From Macrostomum hystrix (Eukaryota > Animalia > Platyhelminthes): a stretch of DNA of 64,000 nucleotides. Below are positions 25,601 through 35,655 of this stretch, in pieces. A program made the translations under genes and the position numbers. The notes under the pieces are model-generated. The model worked only from the letters and a program-made list of their open reading frames with translations, did no database searches and was not told the origin of the DNA. Location: positions 9,486,001 to 9,550,000 of the forward strand of contig CATNEN010000039.1 in the NCBI GenBank assembly GCA_950097015.1. The letters run 5' to 3'. The first letter of the stretch is position 1, and each line of letters starts with the position of its first letter.

Positions 25601-28600
25601 ACCAGATAAATGTATTTATTTGGCCGCTGAAATTTATCTGGCCGGGACAGATAAACATTTATCTGGTCCGGTGACAATTATCTGGATTCAACTGTGGAAT
25701 AAATACACATTATCACCCACTTGTTTGACTTATCTATGGCCGAAAACGTCTTCGGACATCGTCTCTCGGCCTCGGCCTCGCCTCGGCCAATAAACGAGTC
25801 CTCAGCCGTTCCCGGCCAAAATAAATAAAAAAAGTGGGTGATAACTTATACATAGCAAAATTCAAAATTAAGGATAAGCAGAACATAATGAACAGTAATT
25901 TATTAGCATGACAGAACAGCACGAACTCAACAGCTGGCAGATAGACATCACAAGAATTGTTACACGAAATTGTCAAGTCTACACGCTCTTCATTAGTCGA
26001 AATAGATCACTACCTTGTTGTTAGCTCCGTCAGCTTCTATTCATATTTTCTTGCCTTTCGGTTCCAAAACAGAAATTCCAACCTTCTCTAGCGCGACGAC
26101 ATCCGTTTTCTTGGCGTCGGGAGTCACCAGAGGCGTCTCTGGACCATCCACAGCCAGAGCCACAGCAAGAGCCGCTTCATTGGCGTTGGGAGCCACCAGA
26201 GGCGTCTCTGGACCGTCCACAGCCAGAGCCACAGCAAGAGCCGCTTCATTGGCGTTGGGAGCCACCAGAGGCGTCTCTAGACCATCCACAGCCAGAGCCA
26301 CAGCGAGAGCCGCTTCATTGGCGTCGGAAGTCTTGCTCGTCGAATTCCCGCCAATGATGGCACTAGTACGACGTTGCATGCTAACAGACATGCCAATGTA
26401 GCGTTCAACGGCACTACTACTATGACTTGTGATCCGACAAATGTCCGCGCGTTCAATGCCAGCGTCGTGTAGTCGGGTAGCAGTTGTCTTCCGCAAGCTC
26501 TGGTTGGTGTACCGTCCAGAATCTTCCGGCACCGCCTTAGACATCAGGTTGGACACAAGTCCGGCCAAAGAGTGTCGACCCATCGGCGTTTTCGTGAACC
26601 ATCCACCAGACTTTCCCGGAGCCCAGAACCGATTGGGCGACAAAAACAGCGCTTGGTCACAGTCCTCAGGTCGCTTCGCGATGTAAGCCTTATAGATGCA
26701 CACGATGCATCGCTCATGGCCATCAGAATGGAATGCACGGACGACCTTCGGATCTCGTCGCAACCCTTTCAGTCCGCCCTGGTGTGTCTTCGTCACAGAA
26801 TTGTCCACGTACATAAGGCACTCGCTCCCATCGACGCAATCCAGTCGAATCTGCTTCTCAAATTGCAAATCTCTGAGCTCAGAACCACCACGCAAAGCAA
26901 AGTGCTTGCCAACAAGCCACACAATCGCATTGGACAGAGCTTGAGGTGTCGACTCTCCAAGAAGTTCGGAGCCCCAGAGGCCGTCCTCGACAGACCACGG
27001 AATTGCTTCAGCTCGACGGAGTCCAGCACATTTTCCATCCCTCGTTGACAACTTCATCGAGGCATCCAACGCTCGTCGACTCTCGCAAAATTCAGGATCC
27101 TTCCAGAAACTCCAATCCTTCTTTAGGGTGTTTTGAAAGTAGTACTGGATCATCGAAAACAGGTCTTTTAACGTCGATGCGGTGTATCGTTCGCCTTGGT
27201 GGGTTCGCACTTCAAATACAAAAAACTTAAGCAGGTAGTTCAGATCGGCTTTGCTCATTTCTTCGCAACTCTTAATCACCATCAGACCAGGAGCAGATCC
27301 ATCTGCCCAAGCAGACTTCTTGGCCTCGTGCCATGCGGTAAAGACGCTCATAGCCCGATCGGCCTTTTTCCTCGTTGACGCAGGTGCGCTTGCCAACAGC
27401 TCTCTTTCAATGTCTTCATTTGTCATCATCTTGAAGCGTTGGACTCCTTCGTGCTTCTCTTCGTAGAAGTCGAGCAGCTCAGCAGATATAAAAAACTCCG
27501 ACGGGTCTAAAGACGCTCTGCTTTCCATGCCAATTGATTCAGTTGAACAGCCGAGTAAACTGTCTTTTTGGACATAAACAGCTAACTATGTAGCCTCGCA
27601 GAATATCTTCACGGCCATAGTCAACTTTCGGGAGGGTTCCAGGCTGTACCATGCCTAAGATTAAATATGATAATACCCCCCAAAAGCGTTGTCTATGGCC
27701 ATGAAGTCGGCTTCGAGACTCGTTTCTATTGGCCTCGGTTGCGCCTCGGCCAAGAAACGAGTCCTCAGCCGACTTCATGGCCAAAGAAACGTTTTTAGGG
27801 GGTATTATCTTATACTTAATAAGCATTCTGTGGTTAAAATGTCCGAGGCTGCATTTAATGGTCTCGATGCGAGCGAAGCGAGCCGAGGACCATTGAGAGT
27901 GGCCGAGGACATTCTCGAAATCTCCTCGAAATAAGGAGCATTATATTGAACATTGAAGTGAACTTCGAATTCGGCTTTTACGTTTTGCCACCATGGCTGA
28001 CTGGCTGCTTCGTGACTGTATCTTCGTGAGAAATTTATTTATTTGTCTATGATCGGAACCAAATGGTCTAAACCTATATGTCTATCAATCAGATGGGATG
28101 CCCCCGAAAAATAAGCAATCAAATTTCATACATGATAAACGCCGTTTAATTAATCATAGTCTATGGTTAGAATGTGAATTAAACGGCGTTTATTGTTTAC
28201 ATGAAATCAGATTGCTTATTTGAGGCCCATTATATGATGTAATGGTCTCGGAATTAAAGTAGTCTGTACCACAGACTACCGATTCCTCGCTCTGAAGGCG
28301 CCCATTAAACGTCTCTAAAATAAGCAATCGGATTTTATAGGCCAAAGAAACGAAATCGGGGGGGGGTATTATTCTATACGTGTCAGGGCACTCGCCTTCG
28401 CGGGTTTCGCACTGAGAATACAAAAGCTTCAGTTGGTAGTTCGAGTAGCTCCATCAGCCCAAGCAGTGTTCTTTGCTTTGGCCGAGGCCTCAAAGCGCAG
28501 TCCAAAACAGTTCTAGACCATAGACAACGATTTCAAGTGGGGTTACAATATTTAAGCCTTATGAGTCTAAAGACCTTGAATACCTGGTTGTTGTTGTTGT

Positions 28601-29269
28601 TGTTGTTGTTGTTGGCGTACGGATCCCTCGCTAGGCATATGGGGGGGCGCCAGCGCGCCCGTCGCCTCGACGAAGATCCGCACCCGATTCGGGTCCTCCC
28701 ACAGGAGGGACATTGAGCCAGAAGAAGGGAGGAGGTTGTGGCGTTGATCGGCCCACCTGGGGCAGTCGAGCAGGAAGTGCCGCGTGTCCTCCTCGGGAGG
28801 GTTGCAGTGAAGGCAAGACGCAGCGGGTACCTGGTCGGCTTTTTGGTCCATTTTTTGGTCCCAGCCATAGACAAGCACCAGCATCAAAAGTTCAAAGCTC
28901 AGAAGTTCATACTTTCACACATGATGGCCAGACCCGAATCACAGAACCAGAATCACCCCATCAGAAAGTATGAAATTCTGAGCTTCTTGTGATGCTGGTT
29001 ACTTTATATAAAAATAACCGTACCTACGCTATAGTACACGTTAAAAATGGAACTACTTTTTAACGATAAAACTGCCCCGTAGCTAGCTTGCCTTCATTAA
29101 ATTTTGGAATTCTAATCGCGAATTGTTGAATGGATGCCAAGTTGTCACTTCAATGCAGAGCCCCGTGACGGTTCGCTTTGTATCCAACGGACACACTGGC
29201 TGCCTGGGAGCCCTGCTGCTGCCTCCAGAGGAATCGGCCCGCTCGCGCAGCCAGATGACCCTCGGCTGA
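22681..29269 (+). CDS. Divergent type II (fumble-like) pantothenate kinase-like protein
   Basis: Exons 22681-22762, 23254-23479, 24196-24427 (GC donor), 24656-24905, 25119-25306 and 29159-29269, with compatible phases. Motifs: VDRGCSLTKLLY (cf. DIGGTLVKLVY), ATGVGG, HEFICQQKG, GSGISF, FGGKSFLG, AEKGFRGNVD, FSKEDLA, GHTGCLGAL. Confidence 0.82.
23670..24057 (+). mobile_element. tRNA-derived SINE family A, near full length with (TAT)n tail
   Basis: A box TGGCAGAGCGG, B-box-like GAGCTCGATTCC, conserved body, TATTAT tail. Confidence 0.85.
24495..24578. repeat. 16 bp tandem repeat (GAGACAGGGGAGAGAT)n, intronic
   Basis: About 5 copies; its reverse complement resembles the degenerate repeat at 43125-43290. 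Confidence 0.85.
25710..25844 (-). repeat. Imperfect palindrome P1 downstream of the YR gene
   Basis: TTATCACCCACTT...AAGTGGGTGATAA arms; apex on the minus strand GGCCGAGGCGAGGCCGAGGCC. Confidence 0.85.
26041..27528 (-). CDS. DUF3504/Crypton-type tyrosine recombinase (KCTD1/ZMYM/QRICH1-related), 495 aa
   Basis: LKFFVFEVRTHQGERY, HFALRGGSE (catalytic R), KTHQGG (K), YTNQSLRKTTATRL (HxxR box with H>Q), ITSH..VERY (H, Y); C-terminal 3 x 23-aa repeat. Confidence 0.88.
   Translation of the reverse strand: MESRASLDPSEFFISAELLDFYEEKHEGVQRFKMMTNEDIERELLASAPASTRKKADRAMSVFTAWHEAKKSAWADGSAPGLMVIKSCEEMSKADLNYLLKFFVFEVRTHQGERYTASTLKDLFSMIQYYFQNTLKKDWSFWKDPEFCESRRALDASMKLSTRDGKCAGLRRAEAIPWSVEDGLWGSELLGESTPQALSNAIVWLVGKHFALRGGSELRDLQFEKQIRLDCVDGSECLMYVDNSVTKTHQGGLKGLRRDPKVVRAFHSDGHERCIVCIYKAYIAKRPEDCDQALFLSPNRFWAPGKSGGWFTKTPMGRHSLAGLVSNLMSKAVPEDSGRYTNQSLRKTTATRLHDAGIERADICRITSHSSSAVERYIGMSVSMQRRTSAIIGGNSTSKTSDANEAALAVALAVDGLETPLVAPNANEAALAVALAVDGPETPLVAPNANEAALAVALAVDGPETPLVTPDAKKTDVVALEKVGISVLEPKGKKI
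27669..27809 (-). repeat. Imperfect palindrome P2 upstream of the YR gene, homologous to P1
   Basis: GATAATACCCCC..GGGGGTATTATC, TGGCCATGAAGTCGGCT..AGCCGACTTCATGGCCA and GACTCGTTTCT..AGAAACGAGTC arms. Confidence 0.9.
28589..28827 (-). mobile_element. 5'-truncated LINE 3' end with (CAA)n tail and target-site duplication
   Basis: CLHC..EEDTRHFLLDCP zinc-knuckle remnant; (TTG)n at 28588-28614; direct repeat TACCTGGT at 28581 and 28828. Confidence 0.8.
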
Positions 29270-30057
29270 ATTCAGTCCAAACGATGACCAAGGACGACGG
29301 CGAGCCGGAGACAGAATTCTTCTTTAACAAACTAAAGCCCAATTTGCTTAAAACTAGTTATCAAAATAACCATTTCTAATTCGTGACACAAAGGGCTACT
29401 ACTTGTAGTAGACAGTGCCTATCTTAATTGTCAGTTTTCAAATTAAGAGCAGAAAGGATGATATATTTGTGTGTTTGAATTCGTGTGTGTTCTATAAGCC
29501 CGATCAAAACACAACAAATATTCGTAGTCTTTTATTATTTAAGCAAATCATGATAAATAATTGATTAGTTTTTTATTCCTTTTAAAATATCTAAGAAAAT
29601 ATATTTCTCGATCACATATTGGCTCACAAGATGAGTTTAAATGACATATGAGCAAATTAAGAACCAAAATAAAAAAAATTAAAAAATTAAAGGTAGTCAC
29701 AAGTTTCAAATTTCAATGACTTAAATGAGGCGCCTTACATGTTTCAAAGAATCTCATTTCTAGGAATTAACACAGTATGATCGTAGCGATTATAACTCGC
29801 TAAAAAATTATGAATTATGGAAGTATAAAAAAAATAATGTCACGAAGTCCTAAAAAACAAAAAAGGTAATACGCAAAACAGTGTATGTGCTCCTCAGGTG
29901 ATTATTGCTGTAATTAAAACATTTTCGACGCATGTTCATGCAACGACGATGATCGCTAGGTAACAGGTTTTTGTTTTGTTTGACGAATATTTTTAATTAG
30001 AAAGGTCACCAATCAAAGTCTTTACGGAGAGTTTTTTAATAAAACTATGAGACCTTA

Positions 30058-31620
30058 TTAGGCCTTCTCCTTGCCACGTCGGATCAGCCGCAGAGGGAAT
30101 TCCGGCGCTTCAATGCCCAGCGGCGACACACGATAATGAAAAGGCATCCGGCCCGTCGCGCACTCGACGCGGCACTCAAAAAGCAGACGCAGCGTGAAGT
30201 TGTACAGCAGCTGCATGGCTATCTTGGTGCCGGCGCACTTTCGGAAACCGGCACCGAAGGCCGGAAATAAAGCTCCGGCTGCCTCCAGGAAGTCGCCCGC
30301 CTCGTTCAGGAAGCGGCCAGGGTTGAAATCCTCTGGCTGGACCCACACTTTGGCGTCGCGACTGGCAGACCACATGTTGCACAAAATGATGGTACCCTTG
30401 GTAACGCGTGTGCCGCACTGCAAGGTGAAGTCCCGCACCGCACAATGAGGAATAAGAAACAGGAGGCCGCAGGAGTGACGAAGAACCTCCGCTGTGAATG
30501 CGCGCAGCCGCGGCAGGCGTTGCTTCTCGCTCCAGCTGACAACGCGCCTATCCGGCCCCAGCTGGTCCCGCATTTCGTCCACAACTTTAGCCTGCCAGTC
30601 CGGATGCATTGCCAGGTAGAAAAGGATCCATCGGACCACCGATATTGTGGTACTCAGTGAGGCGCCCATGACATCCGTGAGCAGTCGACCAACTGCTTCT
30701 TCATCGCAGACGTCGCTGAACTGGTCAGACAGACAACGAGGCCCCTCATCAGTCTGACGACTCTGAGCGTCGCGATGGGCAAAGTTGACAGTGACACTGT
30801 CCACCCTGTCGGATACTTTGCGAAACTCAGCTAGCCTACCGGGGAACAGACGGGCAAGAGGGGGTATCATATCCGCCATGCAAAGCAGCAGGGAGTCATT
30901 GTTAACGAGCGAGTACACCGCCTCAATTGCCATCGCGAAAGGAGATTTCGAATTGCTGACGCATTCTGAGAACCATCCGGGAGATCGTGCGTGCATCATT
31001 GAAAACAGAATCGAGCCCATCCACTTCTTGAGGTGGCTAATAAAGCTTCGCGGACCATCGACATACTCATCCAAAAGGCCATTGATTAAGCGCGCCGTCT
31101 CCTCTGAAGCGATTTCCTCAACAATGCTCGAGTAGTTGCGGTCGTAGCGGTTGAGTCCAGTGTGCATGAGGCGCCTGTCATGCAGGTACCAGGTACCTGA
31201 GCTGAATGCGACCGAACGACCTCCGCTGATGGAGCGGAAAGTGAGCCAGTCAGGTCGGTCGCTGACGTCTCTGCCATGTAAAGTAAGGATCTGTCTGATC
31301 TCGGCAGTCCCATTGACAATCAGTGCCGGCCAGAGACCCATGCGGATGAAGTAAAAGTTACCGTGAACGCGTGACCATTCGAGCAGACGAACGTGCGGCC
31401 GGGCGCCCAGCCTGGGCAGGTGGCCGAACACAGGGAAGCCCCATGGCCCAGGCTGTCCTTTGACGCTAGTGCAGATCAGAGGTGCGGAGAGATTCGAAAC
31501 CTGGGTCCACAGCCATGTTGCAGAGCACAGAACCAAACCGATGCAAAGACCGATGGTCAAGTCGAAGCAGAGCATAACGCAGTGCTGCGGCTCGCCGACA
31601 GTGCTGCCATTGTTTTCCAT
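30058..31620 (-). CDS. Cytochrome P450, clan 2, CYP1-like, intronless
   Basis: N-terminal TM, PGPWGFPVFG, DRPDWLTFRSISGGRSVAF (CYP1B-like), TDVMGAS I-helix, EVLR, FNPGRF and FGAGFRKCAG heme motif; ATG at 31620. Confidence 0.93.
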   Translation of the reverse strand: MENNGSTVGEPQHCVMLCFDLTIGLCIGLVLCSATWLWTQVSNLSAPLICTSVKGQPGPWGFPVFGHLPRLGARPHVRLLEWSRVHGNFYFIRMGLWPALIVNGTAEIRQILTLHGRDVSDRPDWLTFRSISGGRSVAFSSGTWYLHDRRLMHTGLNRYDRNYSSIVEEIASEETARLINGLLDEYVDGPRSFISHLKKWMGSILFSMMHARSPGWFSECVSNSKSPFAMAIEAVYSLVNNDSLLLCMADMIPPLARLFPGRLAEFRKVSDRVDSVTVNFAHRDAQSRQTDEGPRCLSDQFSDVCDEEAVGRLLTDVMGASLSTTISVVRWILFYLAMHPDWQAKVVDEMRDQLGPDRRVVSWSEKQRLPRLRAFTAEVLRHSCGLLFLIPHCAVRDFTLQCGTRVTKGTIILCNMWSASRDAKVWVQPEDFNPGRFLNEAGDFLEAAGALFPAFGAGFRKCAGTKIAMQLLYNFTLRLLFECRVECATGRMPFHYRVSPLGIEAPEFPLRLIRRGKEKA

Positions 31621-32749
31621 TGTAAGGACGAATAACAAAACTTCAAATTGCGCGCGCTATTGTCGTAAACTATGGCGGTAAGGGCACACTCCTACGCATG
31701 CGAACAAGTGCAGTGCCCTTTGCGAAGATGCTTATTACTCTGGTATTTATAAAGAATGCGAACGCAACAATGGCTGGTGCCCATGGCCCCTGGAGCCATC
31801 ATTGCAAGCCTCTCGGAGTCCCAGAAATGCCCCATCAGTCTTCCGCCCCCAAACTTCCTGCCTCCTATTCAGCCTTGGCATTGTTGAACTTCCGACAACC
31901 AGCCGCCCTCACACGCTTCGGGGCGTTCAGTGCTGCAAATGAATCTCGGTAGCCGCAGTTGCTATGGCAAGGTCGCGACATACCCTCCTGCATGTATCTG
32001 TGGCCTTGCTTCGGCTGTATCCGGCCATATCTGTCTGAGAAAAAAGCTGCGGTAAGGGCAAGTTTTGCGGGGGCGGCTTCTCAAGTCGATCTGGAGGTCA
32101 CACCCACACGCTCACACACGGCAATTCAGAGCAGACATCATTATTCAAATATGCATTATCACGATTTACAATATACAGTTCCCATGAACTTAAGTTCATC
32201 AGGGCAGCCCAGTGGTTCATCATGAACCAAATTCTTACAGAGTGACAATTAACGTAGTGCTTCGCTAATGTTTTGTAAATCAATGTGAGTTCGAGTTGTA
32301 ATTTGCAGCGCGCCGTCGCCCTGAAAGGTGGCCCTTGTTTGGGCCATAGACAGTTTTTATGCCAACGATCATGACAGAAACTATTTGTAGTTTTAGTATT
32401 TAGAAAAAATAACGAAGCAGATAATTCTACAGAAGCCTTTCGTAAGCCATGATTGTTCGATTCTATCATACTAAAAACGAATCAGTGTAACTTTTCAACA
32501 CGTTTGACTCACAGGACTGAAAGGCTTACACACAGGTGACTAACTCATGAATCGTGTCGGAATTCATTAGTCAACGAGAGTTAGAGGGGGTCCAACTATA
32601 AAAATTTGGAAACAAGTTTAAAATTTGGTCCATATTTCTCAGCAGCGAATAGTGCGGCACTTAAGTTTAAGCTTAGGGAAATGCAAGCTTTATCGGATCT
32701 TCACAATGTAAGCTCGCAATGCGCCTAGTGGAGTAGGTTCTCAATGACG

Positions 32750-32888
32750 ACTAGCCAGCCTTCTATCCGCGGCTGCGCCCCGAATAAGTGTGAGCCGGCA
32801 CTGGCCTAGACATCGCCGCGAAATCGAGCTCAGGGACCTTGGCGTGAGAGTCGGACGCTTTTACTGATCTGCCACTTACCTCCCCTCA
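32750..32888 (-). mobile_element. SINE family A 5' fragment
   Basis: Reverse complement has GTGGCAGA, GTCCCTGAGCTCGATTT and GGGGCGCAGCCGCGGATAGAAGGCT. Confidence 0.65.
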
Positions 32889-34181
32889 ACTGTTAGGTCG
32901 AAAAAAGTTTGTTAAAGCTTGTCAGGAGCATATCAGTGAGCATAAAGCATGCAAATGTGTATTCTTTTTGTTTTATATACAAAACAATGTAGTCTGGAGT
33001 TCGAATCGCAGCCTAAGAATTAAACCATTTGTGTCTTTCTATAAAATGGGTCCCTACATCAGCTGGGGTTGAAATTCGGTGTTTGTGGTTGTCTCCACCA
33101 GTCTATGGACTGAACAGCTGTACTGGTCTTTTGTCTTCTAGGCAACTGGGCTGATTGAAATTTTTATATATCTATAGGTTACATCGGAGCATTTGAGAAG
33201 TTGTGATGACAAAAATGAGTTTGCAAAGGTCATTATTAAGCAAAATCACTTTAAAAACAACTGAATCATAAGGGTAAGGTCAGCGTCGGACCTTTGCTTT
33301 GGGATATTAAAGTCTTTACCGCGTGGGCGGCTGCGCAAAGGTTAAGAAAAATGTGGAGGCTGGCGCCCCCGCATGGGGGAGGCGGTACCGCAGAAGTACA
33401 CAGTCGGTTCACAATACAACCCAAGGTTGGACCGAAATCGCACAATGCAATGCATCTTTGTGAGCCCGAGCATGCAAGTCGACAATGGACAGTGCCTTCC
33501 GTTGTTCCGTTGCGGCTTGTGGGACAATGCATCAAGGATTGCCGAGGCAAGACTTGCAACAAAGAAACGCTGACAAGCCTGGCCTTTGCGCTTGTTGCTA
33601 AGCAGCGACTAGCGGTTCATAGTGCGCAAAGTGGGGCTAACATATCCACCCTCAAATAAAAGTACACAACACACTCAACATTCTGTGTTCGCTGGGGGGA
33701 GTACGTGGGATGCTTGACAATGCTAAGACCTTTGACAGTCCTCTAGAATTAAAAGTTTGCACAGACACTGAAAATCTTTATTCACTTCAGATTTGCAGGT
33801 GATTATCATTCTTCAGCAGTCCCATGCTGTCACAAGTATACTCAATAGCATTGAATCGCATGTATATGTCCATTATTTTCTATCACTAATCATTTCCAAA
33901 CAGACCCAGAATTCAGCGATGCAGGCATCAAGACAAAATCGACAGTGACTCTATGCTGAATTGCACTGGCAATAGTCCTGCAAAATCAATTAGAACACAG
34001 CAAATTTCCCCACTAGATATGCTTAGGAGGGAAGCGCGAGCGAGCTGAGTCTAACTATTCAGTTAAAGATTGTTCAGCCGAAAGTTATGTCGTAAATCCT
34101 CGTTTAGAATAGGAAACCATAAGTTATCTAGCTAAATGAGAAAATATTGAGCTGTAAGTGCCAAAAATATAAGTTTTGGCA

Positions 34182-34545
34182 CAGTGAAATCAGTGAAATC
34201 AGTGAGATAAGTGAAATCAGTGAAATCAGTGAGATAAGTGAAATCAGTGAAATCAGTGAAATCAGTGAGATAAGTGAAATCAGTGAAATCAGTGAGATAA
34301 GTGAAATCAGTGAAATCAGTGAAATCAGTGAAATCAGTGAGATAAGTGAAATCAGTGAGATAAGTGAAATCAGTGAAATCAGTGAAATCAGTGAAATCAG
34401 TGAAGTCGTGAGATCAGTGAGATCAGTGAAATCAGTGAAATCAGTGAGATCAGTGAAATCGTGAGATCAGTGAAATCAGTGAAATCAGTGAAGTCGTGAG
34501 ATCAGTGAAATCAGTGAAATCAGTGAGATCAGTGAAATCGGAGAA
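34182..34545. repeat. 9 bp minisatellite (CAGTGAAAT)n
   Basis: About 40 copies; gives the spurious SEI ORF. Confidence 0.95.
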
Positions 34546-35339
34546 ATGCGCGCCAGTCTGTCCATAGTGGCCTAGTCCCACCTGTTGTAGTCCTTGAAGG
34601 TTTCCAGCAAGTCCTATTAAGGCAGGTGACCACCGAAGATGGAGATGATGCGGGTTACATGCTGATAAATTTTGAAGGCAGGCAAGGCCGCACTGAGGCG
34701 CAGTGCTAATTCGTGTATATGTGTTTGAAATACACTAGCTCTTGTGGGAAAAATCAGACCTTCAGCAAGAACCATTCTTGTTTCAGAAGATGCGCAACAG
34801 AAAGTTGGCCCGCGCGTTCTTGAGTTTCGTGTGCTTACGTTGCTCAGTTCGGGTGCAGCACAAAAAGTTGTCAGGGCGGGGGGCAAAAAACAGTCCCCCT
34901 TTGTTTTGCCAAAAATTGTCAATAAATCCCCCCTTGGTAGTTCTACTGTTAAGTGCGGTTGGAATATAGTTTTAGTACCGCCCGTTCAAATTTTGCTAAT
35001 AAATTTCAGAGGAAACTCCCAATTTCACATTTCTAACCCAAGAAGACAAATTAAACTACTGAGGCAGTCGATAGCCTGATAATAGCTGCGTTGAGGCCTA
35101 ACGCGAACAATAAAGTTGTTTACATTTTTCGCAAAAAAATTATCAAATTCATGCGTCCTAAGTAGCCTTGAAAAGTTACTCATTGTATCTATTTTCACCA
35201 AACTTGGCTACCCACGACATCACGTTTCTATCATATACAATCGGCCATCCCTTCGCGCGTTCCTCACTCCATTCAGTCAGCCATTTTTTTTGTTCGCATC
35301 GAGCTCTTCATCAACCCCGTACTGCGAACCAACACACCT

Positions 35340-35655
35340 TCTATCGACACCACTGAGCGACTTCTCAGCAGCCGACGCTAAGGAACCACCTTGGCCCAAT
35401 TACGCTCGGGACACTCAAGCTCCTAGCTTCCTACGCGGCGAGGCTCGACCCTATGTCGCCGCCTCTTTGTCGTCGCTGCAGTGCCGCTACTGAATCGGTC
35501 GGATAACTTTTCAAGTGTCCCGTGTTCGTGACCAGGCTTACCCCAGCTGCTCTCTGGGCGCGGCTTTGTTCAGCCATCAACTTCGGTTAGCCTCGCCCGA
35601 CGAGTTCCTCCAGGGCCCGGCTCCCGGTGTAGCGGGCTAGTACACAAAAACACAA
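35340..35655 (+). mobile_element. Degenerate LINE 3' end
   Basis: Frameshifted translation TLAQLRSGH/KLLASYAARLDPMSPPLCRRC..ESVG*LFKCP..LW, followed by an ACA-rich tail. Confidence 0.65.

Larger units (their letters stand above)
25360..28390 (-). mobile_element. Crypton-like tyrosine recombinase DNA element with hairpin arrays, inside the last intron of the PanK-like gene (limits approximate)
   Basis: Single YR ORF, no RT; long palindromes at 25710-25844, 27669-27809, 27838-27914 and 28110-28220; short direct repeats at 25365/25524. Confidence 0.7.
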
